NCBI GenBank assembly: GCA_047495785.1
Contig: JBLDXI010000020.1
Span: 682,001 to 746,000, forward strand
DNA: 64,000 nt
Source of the DNA: Lepidodermella squamata
Lineage: Eukaryota; Animalia; Gastrotricha
Reading direction: 5' to 3'
Numbering within the stretch: position 1 is the first letter of the stretch; every line of letters starts with the position of its first letter. The notes below the pieces were generated by a model that had not been told where the DNA came from, searched no databases, and worked only from the letters and a program-made list of their open reading frames with translations. Shown here in pieces: positions 20,523-32,311 of this stretch. Position numbers and translations under genes: made by a program.

Positions 20523-23430
20523 ATGGCAGTGAACGGTGACAGTGTTCGCATTCAAATTTCCAAAGTAAATTGAAATCCTTTTGTAAACGTGCAAGGCATC
20601 ATTTAAACATATTTCAAGGATGAGGGTGCTGATAGCGGCGAGAACAGGACGTCGATCGGTTCCACATCCGGGAATTCTTTTCAGGCGTCCAACTTTTTGC
20701 AGGGCCAACTTGGAGCGTTATCCAACAAAAGCCTCAGCCTTGCCGGACGGCAAGTAACTTATCGTGAAGTCATCTTCATCGCCGTTACAGTCATCCTTGG
20801 TGCAACAGCGCTGGGTCTTCTGATTAGCACAAGTAAGTATCGTGTTGCTAATTCATCGCTATCGAAAATCTTAATCTAACCTGTTCACAGTTATGACTGG
20901 TCAAGAACTAGACTCTAAGAACGAGAAGCGGCACTGTGTTGACTACGACTGCTACAAGTCAGCCGCTGAGATGCAACGCAAGTACAACGCGTCCATCGAT
21001 GCTTGCGACAACTTCTATCAGTACTCATGCGGTCAATGGGTCAGTAAGCAAAAGCTGCTCGGAAACGAACGTCAGCGAACAATTCTAGGCGAGCTGGAGG
21101 TTGAGAACTTGAAGCGGTTGAACGACGCTATCATGGGTGACGTCGATCCGCTCCGCCGCGTCGACTGGGCTTTCGAGCACAAACTGCAGCGCGTCTACCA
21201 AACCTGCTTGGACCAATACCAAATGACAAATACTTACCAGGACAACAACCCGGTTGTAGCCGAGATCAACAAAATGAATGGCTCGTACATTTTCGGACCT
21301 TCCCTATTCGACCCGTCTAAATTCAACTGGGCTGTGGCTCATCGTGAAACTCTTGGAACTGATAACTGGATTGACGTAAATTCGACAATTGTGCGATAAT
21401 GAAAAATATAATACATTAATTTCAGGTTCTATTTTTTTGGGATATCGAACCATGGGATCAACAGCACTCTGCCTACTACATCACGGTAAGGCTTACAGCA
21501 CTTTCATCTCTCTTATTAGTTGAATAAATCGAAATCTTAGGTTGGGGCTGACATTACCCCGTTCCCATTCTGGAAATGGTCCGATGCGGTAATTTTCTTC
21601 CATTAACCCAGTGAATCCAATTTAATTTGAGTATTTCCAGCTCCTCCCCGAATACAAAACCTTCCTCACCAATGTTGCTAAGCTTCTGGCCCGTGATGCT
21701 ACTGTAAACGACAAAAACCTGAACCAACGCATTACCGACTTCGTCAACGACGTCATCGCCGTCGAATCCGTCATTGTCAAGGCTCAGCAAGCGAATGAGG
21801 TTGAACTTCAGGGCGGCCAGCCGTCTTATTTGATGACCCTGGGGAGACTGCAATCGTCCTATTCTATTGCCTCCGGTTTCAGCTGGGTCCAATACTTCAA
21901 GTCGGTCATGCAGGAAACGACGCGACCTATCGATAGCTTGACACTGACAGCCGTTAAAACGCCCAAAATTCTAGCTGCAATCACCTCAGGCTTCAAGGCT
22001 GGAATCTTCGGCCCCCAACAGTGGAACAACTACCTAGTTTGGCGTTTGACCTTCGCCTGGCTTCCCGATATGTCCTTTGAATACAACCACCTATATCTGA
22101 GATGGCTTGCGGCACTGAATGGCGAGGCGACTGAATACAAGCCAAGCTGGACTTACTGCATGGAAAGCACCCAACGATACATGCGCGACGCCCTGGATGG
22201 TGTCTACGTCCGCCGCCATTTCACTCGCCTCGACAAGGATGAAATCAACGCATTGTCTGAGAACCTTCGTACCTCTGTTTCCAAAGAAGTCGCAACTCTT
22301 GACTGGATGCAAGTTTCAGAATCATTCTAAATCAGCGCTTCTTAACGTTTTTCATTATTTCAGGGACGAAGAAACTCGCAACACCGCGTCAGAAAAAGTC
22401 GCTGCGACAATGGAAAAACTCGGCTTCCCTGATGCCTACTATTCGGAAATTTCACTCCAGAATGTGCTGGACTTCGCCTACAAGGACATCAATATGACTA
22501 CCAATCACTTCACAAATGTGCAGCAACTGCGCCAGCACCACCGCAAGGAGTTCGTCGACATGTAAAAACCATGAGTTTTTATGTATATGGCATAAAGACA
22601 TTGAATTTCCCAATAGATACACCTACGCCCGCGACCCAGCTGCTGATTGGCGCGAGACTCCGTTGTACTCAACGCGGGCCACCTACTTCTACCCGTGGAA
22701 TGAGATGATCGTACCAGCCGGTCTCTTGCAATTCCCGATTTTCTCTGCCGCCAATCCGGCCATGTACCGAGTTCAAACATACGGCTCAACTGGTTTCTTG
22801 CTTGCACGCGGCTACCTCTACGGTCTCGATGAATCCGGCAGGTATTTCGACAAGAACGGCAACTACATTCAAGACACGAAAGATAACACCTGGTGGAGCG
22901 AGACTTCGAAGAACAACTACGTTAGCAGGAAGCAGTGCGTCACCGACTGGTACCAGCAGGTCCAAACTGATCTCTTGACGTTGGACGATGGCACCAAGCT
23001 GCATAAAAAGCTTCAAGACCCGGCTACCTACGCTAGGCGAGCAATTGTTGACCTCGGAGCCCTGCGAAACGCCTACACAGCTTACCTCAGCCCGTCTGTT
23101 CAAACTGAAGACTACGACATGAAAGAGCTGTATTTGCCCGGAGTAACTGCTCAATCAAAGAGGGAATACTTCTTCCTAGCTTTCGCTCAGGTAAATGATA
23201 TAATCTAATGGCCATTTCAAAAATTCCGTAAATTATTTTAATTCCAGTCTCACTGCGCTGTTCGCCATGATCAAGTTACTTACAATTTGATGAATGAGCA
23301 ATCGCAGTGGCTGCCTGAAGAACTCATGGTCAATAACCTGCTGATGCAATTGCCTGAATTCTCTGACGTTTTCAAGTGTTCAAGTGGATCTAAGATGAAT
23401 CCTGGCAACGTTTGCAAGTCGCTATTCTAA
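20523..23430 (+). CDS. Neprilysin/M13-like type II membrane protein D (subtype 2, paralogue of B), predicted catalytically inactive
   Basis: Exon 1 is 20523-20564 (MAVNGDSVRIQISK). Shares DWRETP.YST.ATYFYPWNEMIVPAGLLQFPI and MYRVQTYGS with gene B. HExxH is replaced by RGYLY (22807-22821). Ends FSDVFKCSSGSKMNPGNVCKSLF*. Confidence 0.87.
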
Positions 23431-23664
23431 ACCTCGGTAATAACCAGCCATTCAAGCGAAAGAGGACACGAGAACCATATTGCCTATGATATTGTTTCGA
23501 ATCTTTAAAAATGAGGCGGAAAATTGAAAATTGATTGAGCTTCGTGATTCGAGTAAAACTTTTTTACGCAAGAGTCACACCAGACCATACCAAAGTCGCA
23601 TTTATTGAATAAACAACAAGAGTGAAAAAATGACAAATAAAACAACTAGAAGTGGTCTTCAAAT

Positions 23665-25119
23665 TTAAGTTAGCTGCTCTATCTGATTAGCGATCCGGCG
23701 CCACTCGTCGAGCAGGCGCTGAAATTGTTCACGCTCGCGTTTTATGACATTAGGAGCTTTCTTCTTTTGCTTCGAGGCAGACAGTCGCTGATAGCTTTCT
23801 TCGACTTCAGCTTCAAGACTCGCCAATTGAGTTCGAAGTGGAACCACCTGCGTAGCTGATTTGGCTAAAGCTCCGAGGGATGCCAGCATGGCGCGGTTTG
23901 ACTCGCTTGTTGTTTTCAGCTCTTCCTGGCAACGAATCAGCTCGGTGGAAACTTCGTCCTTTTTACGTTTATTCGGCGAACTCAGACAATGACGGTTGTT
24001 CTGAACATCGTCGCTGCCGTCATCAGATGACGATTCAGATTCGCTTGAATCGAAAATATCTACAAAATAGAGTAATGGTCATAAGAATTTTAAACGGAGA
24101 AATCAGCAGCTGTTACCGTGCTTTTCAAGGATTCTCTTTACCCGCCGCTCCAATGCCACGGTGTTGCCTATATCCAGAGCTCTAGCGAGAGCCATACTGG
24201 AAGGAGGCGGGCCGCAAATTCCATCGGCCGATGTGCTTGTTGAGAATTGGTCAGTGGAAGAAGGTGAATCCGCCGCATAATTATCTTCGAGAAGTGCTGC
24301 GACTAAGCGCCGCGTTAGCGGTCCAAGGTTAGTATTAACCTGCCCTTTTGATTTTGGTCCATTGGCGGATGTCACTGAGCTGGCACTTCGTAACGATGTT
24401 GGCTTGCCCACTTGAGGTGATTTACATCTAGCTGTATCGTTAAGGTAGCTAGCGATACTATCTTCGATGACTTTTACTACAGACTGAGGTACTTCGCTGC
24501 AATACGGCTCAATGCTGAGCCAAAATTTATCGACGGCTTTGCTGTGAAGTAAGCGAGCGGTCTCCAAACTGGGGGTTTTAGGAGCCGGTTGATTGAGGCC
24601 TGCAGAATCAGATGATTTGCCAAAGCGTGATTTTGATGAACCCACAGCAATTGACAATGGTTGCTGGCGGTTTGATGACGATTTTGAGCGTTTCTTGAGT
24701 GGCGAGACATCTTCCAGCTTCAATTGTTTTGCTTTCCCCGTGGCAGGCTTTGACACCTTCAGATTTTCTCATAAATCACTGATACTCGGCTGCAGTCAAA
24801 ATTCAAACCTTTCCACTGGATTTAGAAGGAACAGCTGCGCCGGATTCACAAATAGCCAAGTCTTCTTGAAGCGACTTTATGCGTGCTACTGACGCGGACA
24901 GCAATATTTCCAGATCAACTCGAATGTTGTCGATCTCGTCGACAAGGAAATGGCCATCTTGGCGAGAAAGGGCTAAATAACATAGACATGTGTGGAATCT
25001 CTCAAAACTCGGAAAATTTCGAATAAATTACCATGCTTGAGATGAGGACATTCTCGATCAAAATCAACAACGTCAATTTCAACTTCCTCGTTTGAACTTC
25101 CTCCCGATTTCCCTTTCAT
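23665..25119 (-). CDS. TADA3: Transcriptional adaptor 3 (SAGA/ATAC subunit Ada3)
   Basis: Motifs IDNIRVDLEILLS, KFWLSIEPYCSEV and LGPLTRRLVAALLEDN, and a C-terminal coiled coil. Multi-exon. Confidence 0.8.
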
Positions 25120-25449
25120 TCGCAATTAACCACCTAAAATATATGCGATGAATACATCATACATGATGTTTAGAAACCTGTCGACAAACAATAACATAAG
25201 CCAGCACACAGCATGCAGCAAATGCTCATTGGAAGCTTGAGATCTTGTAATAAATAAGAGAAGACCGACTATCGGCAAAAAGTAATAAAAAGAGAGGACA
25301 GAGGACCGCCGTTACAGAGTTGCAGAAGTCCTGTAAGTCTTGGTTGGAAGTTTCTTGGGCGGATGCTATCCTGAATCAAAATATCGATGCACATATGAAC
25401 ATTGAACAGAAGCGGGGCAGGAGCTGTTAATTCTGCTGTCAAAGTTTAA

Positions 25450-25565
25450 AGTAGCTCCTCTGAGAGTAGCTAACCAAAAAGCCAATTACTCTAAGAGTAG
25501 AGGTACTTATTCTCCTCCGAGAGGAGGCTACTATTAGAGGAACCTACTCTTACAGTAGCTCCTAC
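25450..25565. repeat. Degenerate cluster of (G)AGTAGCT(A/C)CTC-like palindromic motifs
   Basis: agtagctcctct, gagagtagcta, ctctaagagtag, gagaggaggctacta, ctactcttacagtagctcct all fall within ~115 bp. Confidence 0.4.
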
Positions 25566-26580
25566 ATCACGAAATAGCAATCGGTCTGAGAAGATAACGA
25601 GTTATACCACAGTCCTCTCTAGCGTTCCCCATCTGCACCGGCTTCCGGCTCCCTTCACGGAGGAGTAAACCTCTTCGCTGCTTTTCTCCTTCGCTCTTCG
25701 GCGGCATCCTTTGCAGCTTGCAGCGTTACAACCGAAAGCAGGCGGCGCGCGGGGACAATCTTTTTGGCGCCACAATTGCTGTACGTGTTAACATTTTGCA
25801 TTTCACGTACATTTATATTCAAAATATGGCATTCGATGTGCATTGTCAGTAATTGATGATCAACGAGCATAATGATTACGTTAATTTCAATTCGAGCATT
25901 TCTTGGCGGTTAGCGGGCGTCAATAATCTTGACGACTTCTTTGGGGACAGTACCTTTGCTTGCCGTTTCAACGTTGTATCGCGAGTTTTACTTTCTTGTT
26001 TTCTGTTTTGTTTTCAATTTCTGTATCTAGCGTATCTAGCGATCTGTCGCTAGAACTCATCGCTGCTTTAAGCTTAGATAGATTTTCGCTCTTACATGAA
26101 GGATAGCGAGAAAAATTTGGGAGCGAGAAGCGAGACGTGTTCGATGGGTTGATGTGCCTTGTACCTATCGCCTGTACCGTTGTTGCGCGGAAAGCAACAA
26201 TGGTACAGCGCTCATATCAACCGCGGTTCATTTAGTGTCTAGTGCCTGACCTGTGAATTTAAATTATGTGTTGAGCTTTCTACTGACTAACTGAAATTTG
26301 AATCGTGGATGTGATTGATGATTGATCTATTTAAATAATTGCCACTCGATCTGAAGCGCGACTGGGATTCCCCCTTTCATTTTCCAATTCTGCGATAAAT
26401 ATTAACTAGTATACTTCATCGTCTATCGTCGACTTCAATGGAGAACGTCTCGCGCATGAAATGCGGCTTTAGACGTTCTCTCAACTCTAAAGTCTACCCA
26501 GTCAGTGTGATCCGTGTCGTATATGTTTAAATGTTGCTAATTTTGTTAGTATTTAACTTTAATCTCTGCTAAGATAAGTC

Positions 26581-28438
26581 ATGGCTCTTGCTATCGGAGG
26601 TGAACGTACTACTGGTGCCACAGTCCGCACTCAAAACGGTAAGCATTTTCAATATTGGTCAATAATTTTGAAACGTATTTTGTAGTCATTGCTGCTACTG
26701 CCATCGCCAACATCGTGAAAACCAGCCTTGGGCCGGTTGGCTTGGATAAAATGATGGTCGATGAAGTTGGAGTAAGTTGTCTGAAAACTTTTGGAGGATT
26801 GAACATTGAATATCTAATACTTCTCAGGATGTTACAATTACCAACGATGGAGCCACCATTTTGAAGCTACTGGAGGTCGAACATCCCGCGGCCAAAATTC
26901 TGGTCGATCTGGCTCAGCTACAGGATCAGGAAATTGGTGATGGAACTACATCTGTAGTGATTATTGCTGCTGAATTGCTGAAAAATGCCGAAGAATTGAT
27001 TAAATTCAATATTCACCCTACTACTATCATTTCTGGATACCGTCTCGCTTGTAAAGAGGCTTGCCGTTATATCCAGGAACAGCTCACTACTGAAGTCCTC
27101 GAATCCAACACCGATCTTCTGCTGTCTGCGGCGAAGACCAGCATGGCCAGCAAGCTCATCAACACCGACTCTGATTTCTTTGCTAACATGGCAGTTGAGG
27201 CTTGCCTCGCCGTTAAAATCCCGGATGCCTTCAAGCCAAGACAGGTGAGTGAGAAATGGGTTCGTATACGGGGATGAAAAATTCTTGTAATTTTAGGTGA
27301 AATATCCTGTCAAGTCGATCAATATTCTGAAAGCCCATGGCAAGAGTGTTCGCGAAACTCAGTTCGTTCGCGGTTACGCTTTGAATTGTACCGTTGCCTC
27401 ACAGCTGATGCCAAAGTCTATCGTTGGGGCCAAGATCGCTCTCCTGGACTTCAGCTTGTCAAAGATCAAGCTACCCCTTGGAATCCAAGTCATCGTCAAT
27501 GATCCTGAGAAGCTCGAGGCTATCAAGCAGCGCGAAGCCAATATTACCAAAGAGCGCATCGAGAAGATCTTGTCCGCCGGAACCAACGTTGTGTTGACCA
27601 CGGGTGGCATTGACGATCTGTGCCTGAAGTACTTCGTCGAGAAAGGCGTCATGGCTGTTCGTCGCTGCAAGAAGGCTGATCTGAAGCGTATCGCCAAGGC
27701 CACTGGTGGACATTTGCTGGTTTCGCTGTCGAATATGGAGGGCGATGAGTCCTTTGACGCTAGCTTGCTAGGTGAAGCCGAACGTGTTGGACAAGAATAC
27801 GTCGGTGATAACGAGTGCATTTTCATCCATGGAACCAAAGCTCGCAAGGCTGCGTCGATCATCATTCGTGGTGCAAACGATATCATGCTTGACGAGGCTG
27901 AGCGGTCGCTGCACGATGCTCTTTGCGTCATTAAGCGAGTTTTGGAATCCGGCACCGTTGTCGCTGGTGGTGGTTGTGTTGAAGCTGCCGCTTCTGTCTA
28001 CTTGGAAAACTTGGCCACTTCTCTGGCCAGCCGCGAACAGCTCGCCGTTGCTGAATTCGCCAATGCATTGCTTTGCATTCCCAAGCAGCTGGCGGTCAAC
28101 GCCGCTTTGGATGCCACTGATTTGGTTGCCCGCCTGCGCTCTGCCCACTACGCTGCTCAGGTAACTGCTCTTACTGACTTCTCATCCCGTTATTTATAAT
28201 TACCTATCACTTTTAGACCAAGCCTGAACAGTCGGGTATGAACAAGTGGTTCGGCTTGGACTTGCAAACTGGCACCATCCGTGACAACCGTGCTGCCGGT
28301 GTTTTCGAGCCCGCCATTTCGAAGATCAAGAGCCTGCGCTTTGCCACCGAGGCTGCCATTACTATTCTTCGCATTGACGACTTGATCAAGTTGGAACCGG
28401 AGAAGAAGGGCAGGGGCCGTGGCGATGAGGATTATTAA
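26581..28438 (+). CDS. TCP1: T-complex protein 1 subunit alpha (CCT1)
   Basis: [64 protein letters not shown] and [24 protein letters not shown]. Five short introns. Confidence 0.96.
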
Positions 28439-28882
28439 ATTCATCGCTCCAAACTCAACAACGAGGCAATTTCTCAGCACTAGTTTTCTTGCGTTTTGAG
28501 TGTTCATTTGTGTTTGCCGCAATTAACGAGAGAATTGATCGTTGAATACAGAACTTTAGTCATGTGGAAGAGCTGCTGTTGAACGCTCCTTCGTAAATTA
28601 GTTGAAAATATATAAGTAAACATCTGTGATGCATGTGTATCAAGTCGAAACAGTAAAACATGACCAGAAAGATGTGCACGAATCTTATATAGTGCTTTGA
28701 AAGCCAATGCAAAATAATGTGATCGATTTCTTGAAATACCCTTCAAATAAATTCACGATGCGCAATTAGTGGTAACTTTTTATTTCATTTGTGTACGAAG
28801 GTGATATCACAATTGTTTACAAAATATGTTCGTTAGTAGACGAACAGCGATCGCCGGTGATAAGTGACCAGTTCGAAATTCG

Positions 28883-30249
28883 CTAGTACTGGAAAGGAGT
28901 GGATTCAGATGCTCTTGCCGTAATTTGATCGTCCAAGCTTCGCTGTATGAAATCACATTACTAATTATAGTTGAATATCAGTAAATAGATAATACCAGTT
29001 CTTCTCTGCACTTCTCCAGCTCAGCACGAGCGGCATCAACGTTCTACAGAAAAGAGTAACGGATTCGAGAGGTCCCTGAAATCACTAAAAAAATTACCGG
29101 TGGCAAGTTGTGAAAAGCTTCCAGCTCAGTCTTGAGGGAAGACACCTTGGCTTGAAGTTCGTCCAACTTTTTGCGTCTTTCACATAAGCTCTCATGCGAC
29201 AAGTCATCGTGAAATCCCGCTTGAAGCAGCGTGTTCTGTAAGAGAAAAAGACTGTAGGAATAATAATACTTCAAAGACGACAAACCATGCAGTTGTCGAT
29301 TGATTCCATATATTGAGAGCATTTCCGAGTGAAAAAATCATGTTTGCCCTCGCTTTCTGCTGCATCCTCTGCAAGTTGAGCAGCTTTCGATTTAACCTCC
29401 TCTTGAAGCCTGCAGCAACGTCGTCAATGAATTATGAAGTATTTATCATTGGAGAATTCAAAATTTTAACCTTTTAAGCTGAAACTGGACTGTCATTTGA
29501 GACTGATGAAGCTCAGCTAGCCGATTTTCAGCGTCTTCCATTGAGAGCGCGGAAAGATTCCACTGAAATTGCTTGTTGTTAATTTCAGACAAGGCTATAA
29601 GCATTCTGTACGAGGAGGAGGAGGAAGTAATGAATAACATAGATTGTTAATAGGTTGTAAAATAAGGCTTGTCCTATAGTTACCTAATTAGACTCAACAA
29701 TTGACCCCTGATAATTAGTCGCACGAATATATTGTTTACTATTTAGCTAGCCTTTTCGGCCTAGCCAAGTGCCTGGACTAACACGAAATGAGAACTATTT
29801 GGTTTTCGCATGAACTTCAGGTTCGGCCTAATTTGGGGCTTCGCGGTGAATTTATGACTCACTTGGGAAGTGATGGCTCGTTAACGCCCAGCGTCGCTCC
29901 TACGGAAGCCAAAAAGTTGATGTCTGATTGTGCTGTGGCAGATAAATCTTCGAACTTGAGACCGATGGTCGAGAGCAGTTCTGTCGTTTCTTTTACTAAT
30001 GTTCAAAATTATTGGAATAGGCTTTCAGCAATAAAATCAAAACAAACCGAACTTTTCTTGCTCTTGATTGCAACGCCTGCCGTGGGGAACAGTGACGTCC
30101 ATAAGAAGTGCATCAGTTTCAGCGATAACTTTCGCTACCAGGGAAGCAACATCGCTTGAGCTCACAGTGGAAGATTCGGCCTGTGAGAGATCTTTGCTAG
30201 TGGCGATAGCATCAGAATCATTGTCAGGTTGGCTGGCTTGGCTAAGCAT
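28883..30249 (-). CDS. HAUS1: HAUS augmin-like complex subunit 1-like (start codon uncertain)
   Basis: The spliced product contains LSTIGLKFEDLSATAQSDINFLASVGATLGV and GFHDDLSHESL...LKTELEAFHNLPP/NVDAARAELEKCREEL. This resembles the remembered HAUS1 C-terminus (SLSHQSL...LESYLDLMPNPSLA...EEAKREL). Confidence 0.7.
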
Positions 30250-30767
30250 TAATAATAATTTGGCAAAATATAAATCAGTTGCAACTAGAAAATAGCAGAG
30301 AAATGCGATTAAGTAGTCGCCAAAATAGAATCGATTATGGGCGTTTAGCATCAGGCCACAGTTAACCCCTGATAGCAGGCTTGAGTTCTTTCTTATCTCA
30401 AATTGCGGGCCCTTCTTAGGACCTTCAAAGCATAGAGAAAAAAGGCTTTACGCTCCTTAACATCTGCCATCGAAGGCGGGAATAGCTCGATTGGCTGCCG
30501 TGGTTGAATCGGCGCCCCGTACATGGGCGGCGGGTATATCATAGATGAGCGTCTTTTTCGCAACATTATTTTTTAGTTTTGGGAGTTGACGCTCAACTAG
30601 TTTGCGCCGGATTGGGATTCGAGCCTGCAGCATGGTTCTGAGGGCAAGGGATGACCTGGGAACAGTCGCTCGTAACTCGAATTTTTTGGCAGAGATGATA
30701 CAGCCGTGTACAAATGCAAAAAATATAGCTGAGAGTTCATCGCATCCTGCTCGATCAGAGCGCAGCG

Positions 30768-31604
30768 TGTAAAATTTGTGCTTTTCACCATTAATTTCGG
30801 AACTTTAACCATCAAACCCGAAAATTAAAATTTCACCATTATTTATCTAGAGCTAAGGCCAACGAAACGGAAACCGCCATCAATTTACCGTACTGCCCGA
30901 AACTACAGGGTGTTCAAGAAATAATATCTAATCTAATTATAGAATGAACTTTAACCAGACAGCACGCGATACGAATTTTCAAATTTTGAAAGAAATTAGA
31001 CGACGTGTTACTCGAGTTTTTGAACTAGTTCAAAAACACGTCTTTCTTCAATAGTTTCGCGCCAATATTCAGTCATTTTTAGGGACAAAGTATTTGAACC
31101 TTTGAACCTGAAAAATTGAAGTTTAGTAAGTTCAGTAAGACGAGCAAGAAAATGCGTGCCCAGTTCAACAGATGTCACTCGTTCAAAGTTCAATGCTAAA
31201 TATAGCTAGCCATTATTTCTTGAACACCCTGTAATGTCAGCCTCAAATAAATGTCTGGTTATGGATATTTTAATTTTAGGACCCTCTTTTCTGAGCGTTT
31301 CTCCGTGATTCCGTAAAGTTTGGTTGCTGGGTCGTGATTTTTAATTTTGGCAATACGGTAGGTACTTTTTCCAACATCCAACAAAATTGATTTTCTCTAC
31401 AACAAACCTCCGATAACTACCCGCTGATTTAGTCGTTGGCATATGTTCTTAAATTGATGGCAATTTTCGTTTCTTTGGCGAAAGCTCAAAATTTGATGAC
31501 AGGAAACCCGAAATCGATGATGAAATCAGAGTTTTCGGAATTAATTGCGAAAGTCTCAGAATTGATTGTGAAAACTCCGAAATTGATGGTAGGAAAATTT
31601 ACAC
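30768..31604. mobile_element. Old degenerate foldback/DNA-transposon relic with ~21-bp subterminal repeats in inverted orientation; hosts the mariner MITE
   Basis: The reverse complement of 30768-30825 (..GATGGTTAAAGTTCCGAAATTAATGGTGAAAAG..AAATTTTACAC) resembles 31560-31604 (..GATTGTGAAAACTCCGAAATTGATGGTAGGAAAATTTACAC). A ~21-bp tandem array spans 31440-31600. Confidence 0.5.
30906..31231. mobile_element. Tc1/mariner-type MITE (326 bp)
   Basis: Perfect 20-bp TIRs CAGGGTGTTCAAGAAATAAT (30906-30925 / 31212-31231) flanked by TA on both sides. Confidence 0.88.
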
Positions 31605-31931
31605 CCAAAAGCTATACGCCTGTAACAGAAAATGCGACAAACAAATGTTTGTGCAAACTTCCGCTATCAGTTTTCAGGTCAAAGTAGCAAGAAGAAATGA
31701 AAAAGATGGAGCAAATGGAAACGTCGACATCGATCGGTACCTATGGGTTAGGGGTACGATTAAGTACTAACTAAGCCGTAAGCCGGTGCCGCTAACGATT
31801 CATATGTTGGTTTCTCTGCTCATTGAGCTTTCGGAACATGGAGTATGGCCGCCAAACCACCAAAGCCCTGGATCTGTGGCTGCAGGTTTATCCGTGTCAG
31901 AAGGTCGAAATCAAAGGTCTGGACACTTTTA

Positions 31932-32311
31932 TAGGAAAACAAGCGGGCCGTTGTAGGAAACGGAGCCAAATCATTAGAACTGCACAGAATGAGCATAGAA
32001 AGCGTGGTTTTCGCTTTGAAGCTGAGTCTAGACGATTCGAAGATCGACGATTTTCATTGCAAAACAATAACATCGGCTTCGAGGGTGAACATTGGGCAAA
32101 TGACAACATCATAGGTTTTCTTCTGTTTTGCTTATTTGCGACCTAGCTCCCCTCTCTGCAAAACTAAGTAGCAAGTAGTGTCTTATTCGAAAGACGGCTC
32201 ATCTCCGTAGCGCAGATTCCTTCCCATTGTCACTATCAAGTGAGTTTCGTATGCTCAAACTTAACTATGATGGTTTCGTTCCTTTCCTACAAACCCTGGC
32301 CTGCTTTCCTA
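31932..32311. mobile_element. Degenerate inverted-repeat element (probable old MITE)
   Basis: Left arm TAGGAAAACAAGC..TTGTAGGAAACGGAGC..ATCAT..TGAGCATAGAAA. Reverse complement of the right arm TAGGAAAGCAGGC..TTGTAGGAAAGGAAC..ATCAT..TGAGCATACGAAA. Confidence 0.5.

Noticed and set aside
14150-20690. Apparent shared G(V/I)LFRR motif in the B and D tails
   Set aside because: In D it lies in a different reading frame from the spliced CDS, so it is treated as coincidental.
10775-23430. M13 genes as pseudogenes
   Set aside because: Reading frames are intact across all inferred exons, splice sites are canonical, and substitutions are conserved within subtypes.
25620-26100. Lys/Arg-rich minus-strand ORF fragments between TADA3 and TCP1
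   Set aside because: Interrupted by stops in all frames and of no recognisable family. Could be a decayed element but this cannot be supported.
31440-31600. CRISPR-like or coding repeat array
   Set aside because: The units are degenerate, contiguous ~21-bp repeats without unique spacers, in a eukaryotic context. Better explained as transposon subterminal repeats.
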